DNA of 63,051 nucleotides, filler included, from Pelomyxa schiedti (Eukaryota > Protista > Evosea), in assembly GCA_020536535.1 (NCBI GenBank). It is 6 parts of 6 records of this genome, joined end to end, with 100 filler letters (N's around TTAATTAATTAA, not from the genome) between each part and the next. Parts side by side here need not be neighbours in the genome. Positions count along the whole stretch, not along the records: positions 58,090 to 60,593 come from JAHLWZ010001975.1; positions 60,694 to 63,051 come from JAHLWZ010002024.1; 4 more parts are not named here. One strand, given 5' to 3'. The notes below the pieces were generated by a model. The model saw only the letters and a program-made list of their open reading frames with translations. It did not search any database and was not told where the DNA came from. Positions 58,206-63,051 of the stretch are shown piece after piece (position 1 is the stretch's first letter; each line of letters opens with the position of its first letter). Made by a program: the position numbers and the translations under genes.

Positions 58206-59567
58206 ATGGACGAGGTACATAAACACAACACGGACAAACGCCGCACTAGTCGCACTAGTTCCAAACCGTTCAAAATTGAAAGGATGTTGGACGCACGGTC
58301 ACAATTTATTGCGTTGGCCTGCGGTGCCATGATATCACGTTGTGGTGGCTTCCGTGTTGGCAGGCTCTCTGCGGCAAGGCTACTGTCCAATGCCACACAC
58401 GTGTTGGTGCACCACATTGGCCGCATGTGGGTTGTACCTGCAGGTGTGGGGGGCCACCAGCGGCGAGCCATCGGTTTCAGTGTCTGTGGCAACGACCCCT
58501 TCCCGTGTGGCGATTGCTGTCTCGTCGTCTTTGTTGGCATATCACCCACACTCGGGGTTGTGTGGGACCGCGTGCACCTGTTTGGTGGCTCAAACTTTGG
58601 TTCAGTGTCACGATGCTCTAACCGCGTACGCATTGGGTGCTACCTTGGCTGTGGTAGGTGGCTTGCCTTATTTGGCTTGTCAAGTTTTGTTGATCCTGTT
58701 CTTGCAATGGCCGAGGACGATGGCAGGATGATGATTGCAACAGCACCTACTGGGTTGGAGGAGTCTAGGTCCTCTCTCACTCACTTTGAGAGCAATAGCA
58801 AGTGGTTGGTACTGTGCAGACACAACCCATACCTGCGGTGGTGGAAGCTTGATGGGGGCCTTCCTGTGGGCCACTCTCATGTGTATGGGTTTGGCGCCGG
58901 GAACTTCTTTATTCGTGTGAGGTTCCACCCTATGGGATGCAACAGCCATCATTGCGATGAACTGGTTGTTGCCAACAAAGTCACATCAGACGCCAAGGAG
59001 GTTGACGCAACCGAGCTGCTGTTTGTTGATCTGCAGGCAAGCTTTGTGGATGAGCTCCTGGTTGTGACCAGGAGAATCACTATCCCACACCTGGAAGTTG
59101 TTGATTTCCAGTGGGTTTCACATGACGAGTTCCTCCTTCTCTCTTGGTCAAAAACTGGAATTGTGTTGCAACGTGTTGTACAGGGCCAAGTGGCAGGGGC
59201 CGTACTATTCCCAGAGCCAAAATACGTCTGGTTGCAGTTTTTACCTCCATCACATGTACTTGCACGAACAAAGGCAAGTGGAGAACTTTTCAGTGGCTGT
59301 TCTGAAGTTTACTCTGCATCAAACTTGAGTGAGCCCCTGTACCTGCAGACATATGCAGTAAAGGTGTATCTTCACTCTGGCTTTGCTGTGTTCACCAGTA
59401 GTGGTGTTCAAACAGTGAGAAAGAATTTCCAGGATGTGGAGACAGGCAGAGTTCTGTTTGCTCTAACAACCAACCATAACGTGCTTGACACAAAAGAAAC
59501 ACAAGAAATGCACACCATCCCACGACCCTCCTCACCAAACTGGCCTTTTGTGGAGGTGGCAGACTAA
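58206..59567 (+). CDS. Intronless family member (~453 aa)
   Basis: IERMLDARSQFIALACGAMISRCG..LVHHIGRMWVVP..VGISPTLGVV..NSKW..DEL..VDLQASF..DVETG. Confidence 0.8.
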   Translation: MDEVHKHNTDKRRTSRTSSKPFKIERMLDARSQFIALACGAMISRCGGFRVGRLSAARLLSNATHVLVHHIGRMWVVPAGVGGHQRRAIGFSVCGNDPFPCGDCCLVVFVGISPTLGVVWDRVHLFGGSNFGSVSRCSNRVRIGCYLGCGRWLALFGLSSFVDPVLAMAEDDGRMMIATAPTGLEESRSSLTHFESNSKWLVLCRHNPYLRWWKLDGGLPVGHSHVYGFGAGNFFIRVRFHPMGCNSHHCDELVVANKVTSDAKEVDATELLFVDLQASFVDELLVVTRRITIPHLEVVDFQWVSHDEFLLLSWSKTGIVLQRVVQGQVAGAVLFPEPKYVWLQFLPPSHVLARTKASGELFSGCSEVYSASNLSEPLYLQTYAVKVYLHSGFAVFTSSGVQTVRKNFQDVETGRVLFALTTNHNVLDTKETQEMHTIPRPSSPNWPFVEVAD

Positions 59568-59569
59568 AG

Positions 59570-60593
59570 AATCTGTGGTCAACAACATTATAAACCATGA
59601 AACTGGTGTTTTTTTGCATTTTACCCCAAGTAATGATAGTTTAGAAAGCACTGCAAAGCTGCCACGGGGAACACCAAAGAAGTTCCATACCAATGTGGAG
59701 TACACGGCAGGGACAACCACAGCCGTCTGTGGAGTACACGTTGATGGTTCACTCGTAAACGTCAGTGAACTGTGTACTTCCACAAAGTACACGAACTTGG
59801 CCTTGCTCGCGAGGCTCTGAAGTCTGGCGCACTTTAGACCCAGAATGAGACAGCGAGGTAATGATCAGCACACAGTCGCACAAATACAGCAACAACAACG
59901 TGGCAGGCGGTTTTGATTACGTGCACACTTGTGCGAGAATCCATTTGAACATCGCAGCCTTTTAACCCAATCACACAACCGCTCTGTGAGATTTTACACA
60001 CTCCCTTTTTATCCCTTTACAACAACGATGAGAACCCTTCACTCTCACTCGTTTTCTTCCTCTGTGGGGCTTACTCTCGAGCCCACAGAAGCTAACAGAA
60101 CTCGAGGAAGTGAGTGTCATTCACTTTTGGAGCTCCAAAGAACTTGATGCGTGGTCAGGCTCATCAGGCAGCACCGTCTTAATGCTGTACTCTTCAGTGC
60201 GGCAATGAAACCATCCCTGTGGGACCAATAAACACCAATGCATTTGGATTCCACAGGGAACTCTTTGGTGATGAAGAAGTAACCTGTTGGTGAGTTCTCC
60301 CTGTCAACAAACCAGAGCACGTGCATTCCTCCCTGATACCGCCGCGGTATTGCCATCCCTCTGCCAGTGACACTTCCCTAACTGGATTTCCAGCAGAGGT
60401 TTCTGCCACATTGCATTCCTTGTGTACACCAACTGCCACAATTCATTTCCAACACCCCTATTTTCGTAGTATGAGATTTTGCGCATGCGGGCGACCACTC
60501 TCCGCGTTGGCATCGCCACCATCACACACAATCCCAAATGTTGTGTCCCGCCAATGACCATGTGCCCCTGGTCAACCACAGAAACCAATCTCC
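59570..60593 (-). pseudogene. Probable decayed member of the expanded family
   Basis: Broken frames carrying GVGNELW and LWFVDRENS..FFITKEF, similar to WGNHKW and VDL..S..VVTRE; several stops and shifts. Confidence 0.35.
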
Positions 60594-60693
60594 NNNNNNN
60601 NNNNNNNNNNNNNNNNNNNNNNNNNNNNNNNNNNNNNTTAATTAATTAANNNNNNNNNNNNNNNNNNNNNNNNNNNNNNNNNNNNNNNNNNNN
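60594..60693. other. Artificial contig linker
   Basis: N-TTAATTAATTAA-N. Confidence 0.97.
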
Positions 60694-60879
60694 CTCAAAA
60701 TAAAGTGTTCACAAATGACACAAACAGCACCCATAACATTTTTTGGTTACAAACGTTCACGACCCATAACTCGGAGTTAAGTGTGAAATTGTCCGGTAGC
60801 GCCCAACGAGATATCGTGGTGCGAAGTCAGAAGCGACGGCGGAAAAAAAAAAACCGCCAACTACAACTACGAGGGTGAC

Positions 60880-62430
60880 ATGGGGCAGACAGTGGGTTCC
60901 ACGAGAACACCGACCTAGAGTCGTCGATACGCGCGGAATCATCCTCCGCCATCGTGCGCCGCTTCGCCTGGCGCCAGTTCACGGTGCACATCAGCCTGAC
61001 ACGTGTCAGAATTTCTCTGAGTCAGGAGGGTAAAACTAACCTCGCCGAGTGGCGCGTCCGGGCCGGCGTGAGGCCGCTTGGCGGGGCGTAGCGATGCGCG
61101 GGGAGCCGGGCGTCGTGCGTCGTGGCCCGCTGCTTCCAGTCGTATGGCAAGAAGACCACCTCGCGCTGTTCCGGCCGCAGCAGCCCGCCGTCGTGCGCGT
61201 GATCGGGGAGAGGGTCTCGCTGCTTCGCGCCCCCGACTGCGAGCCTCAGATCATCCGGGTTTTCACTGATGTCGAAATGGACAAGGACCGGCCGATTTTG
61301 GAGTGCTGTGACATGGACACGGCTCGCCCTGATGTGTCGAGGTACTTGTGCTCGGTGTTCAGTGGCGGCCTGGGCCTTGCTTTTTATTCAGGGATTACAA
61401 ATACATGAGGCTCAGGACATAATCCTTGATCAACCGGGTTTTGTTGCACATGTCAATGAAGTGTCCTACACTGGAAATAATACTAACAGTTCATCTGCCG
61501 TAACTGAAGACCAATGAGGACACAATATTTTCTTTGTCTCGGGTGCTTCAGCAAGAGTTACTCCTTTTTTTTCTTGAAAATCAAGTTTGATCTGGAACAG
61601 GGGAGAGAAAACAACACCAAAAATAAAACACCACATAAGAGACCTCAATGCCACTCTCGAGGTACACCCACATTAAACTTTCAATTGCATATATTCTGAA
61701 ACAAACATTTTTCCACTGTAGCACTATCGTTCTTCCAATCAGTGAGGGCTGAACCACACCAATACCTCCGTACCTGGGTTCTGAAGGTCTTATTTACCGG
61801 ATGCCCACACCTAATCTGAGTGATTCATCAATTCCAAGAAATGTTCCTGTATCTCCCTTACCAGAGTTTGGCACACCACCAGTTTCACCCCCTCAAACAC
61901 CAACTCCCTCATGCAAAACCACCCCCATTGAGTCTCACACCACCACCAACTCCCCTAAGTAATATCTCCATAGCTGCTGAGGTGCTCAGAGCTCTCCAAT
62001 GCAATCCCAGCACAACGAACATCGCACAAGCCAATTCAAGCAGTCGGAACACTGAAGTCCAACTGAGATCCCAAGAACTGGAACAATCACTTCAACAATG
62101 CATCCAGAGCCAACAAAGCAACATTTGAGTGCTTAATAGTTGGCTTCCATACCCTTCATGCATCATCTCACGAGCAACAGCAGCAGTTGGCCGAAGAACT
62201 CTGCACTGCACAACCCACTATAACTGCCCTCATGCAACAAAATGCCCAATTTCACTCTGAGGTCTCTTCTCTTTGAACAAAGCTTGAAGAGACACAAACT
62301 ATGGTTCAGAGTACAAGATCAAAGAAAGATCATCAAGAGAAAAAGTCAGAGTTTCCTCCCAAAAGCTATTCACTAAAACACACTTAGGCTTTCCACAACT
62401 GCTTCCCAGACCTCCCAGCAACTGAGCTAC
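60880..62430 (+). pseudogene. Decayed coding sequence, possibly a kinase-like gene
   Basis: GC-rich gene-like 5' part and protein-like fragments in changing frames with many stops. No intact catalytic motif was seen, so the kinase idea is weak. Confidence 0.3.
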
Positions 62431-62907
62431 TTATTAATTGTAATTTCCTGCTTTTCAGTTGTGCACTGAGAACAAATTTATACCTCAGTAAAGTAAGCCT
62501 TGGATCAGATAAGGTTTCCTTTCTCAATCTCTTATCATAAAACATTGATTCTGGCACCAACAGTACTGTAGTGCAGCACCTGGTTTCTTTGTTATTCTAT
62601 GAATAAAATGAATAAAAGTGTAATGTCTCACCTGAGACAATCATGGACTGTGACAGTTTAGCCAGCACAAATTTAGAACTGCAATAGCCCCTTTTCCATC
62701 AAGCTTTGCATTCTCCTTTCAGATCAGAGACTTCAAGAAATAATAAGAGCTGGATGCTTCTGAACAGCAACTATTTTAGATATCACAATAAAAAACCATT
62801 TAAATCTGCAATACTTCTACAATTAAACAAAATATCTTCCAAATGATTTGTTTGTGAGGTCTCATCAATACAATAGAAGGAAACAAAAAAAGAAGAGAAA
62901 GAGGTAA

Positions 62908-62947
62908 CCACAAAGGAAATCGCACTTCATTGCGATTTCCTTTGTGG
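62908..62947. repeat. Perfect 17-bp inverted repeat with 6-nt loop
   Basis: CCACAAAGGAAATCGCA-CTTCAT-TGCGATTTCCTTTGTGG. Confidence 0.9.
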
Positions 62948-63051
62948 GTTTGAAAAACAGTGATGACAGAGGGTAGGACTAGGCAGGTGGCACAAAGGCA
63001 CAGTTACGTGAATGCTTTTTTTTTTTTTTTTTTTAAATGGGAATGCACAGG

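Noticed and set aside
17721-60693. Recurring TTAATTAATTAA palindrome as a biological repeat, and the whole window as one immune or ubiquitin gene cluster
   Set aside because: The 12-mer is an artificial six-frame-stop linker in N padding. Genes on either side come from different scaffolds, so adjacency across linkers means nothing.
62908-62982. Helitron 3' end (hairpin plus CTAG)
   Set aside because: CTAG is ~30 nt from the hairpin and is not followed by T; no 5' TC end or Rep/helicase was seen.
1-63051. tRNA, rRNA, transposase or reverse-transcriptase genes
   Set aside because: None recognised by eye; tRNAscan-SE, Infernal and a TE protein search would be needed to exclude them.

Overview
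Eukaryotic, intron-dense (mostly 40-70 nt GT-AG introns), gene-dense protist DNA. The gene families and style suggest an amoebozoan or archamoeba such as Pelomyxa; this is inference and unverified. The window is not contiguous: five artificial N-TTAATTAATTAA-N linkers join six scaffold pieces, and there are four 100-N gaps, three with ~120-bp duplicated flanks. Conserved genes reconstructed by manual splicing: HDAC8-like deacetylase, a Spg1/Tem1 GTPase homologue with a decayed P-loop, SNRNP27, an SLC43-like MFS transporter, an IBB-less importin-alpha plus a variant copy, a gelsolin-repeat dual-specificity phosphatase and an LRR-Roc (Roco) protein. Four things stand out. (1) A large intronless family with a conserved F-box-like N-terminal helix motif and a variable beta-rich body, with about 12 full, partial or decayed members including a 5-copy tandem array. 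(2) A giant EF-hand/coiled-coil/fimbrin protein with a 49-aa repeat rod. (3) A RING-B-box-coiled-coil (TRIM-like) protein ending in SEL1 repeats. (4) A STAT-like protein with two linker-SH2 modules, next to a hairpin-forming CACAAAGTGCGCC repeat cluster. All domain calls come from motif recognition by eye; no searches were run.
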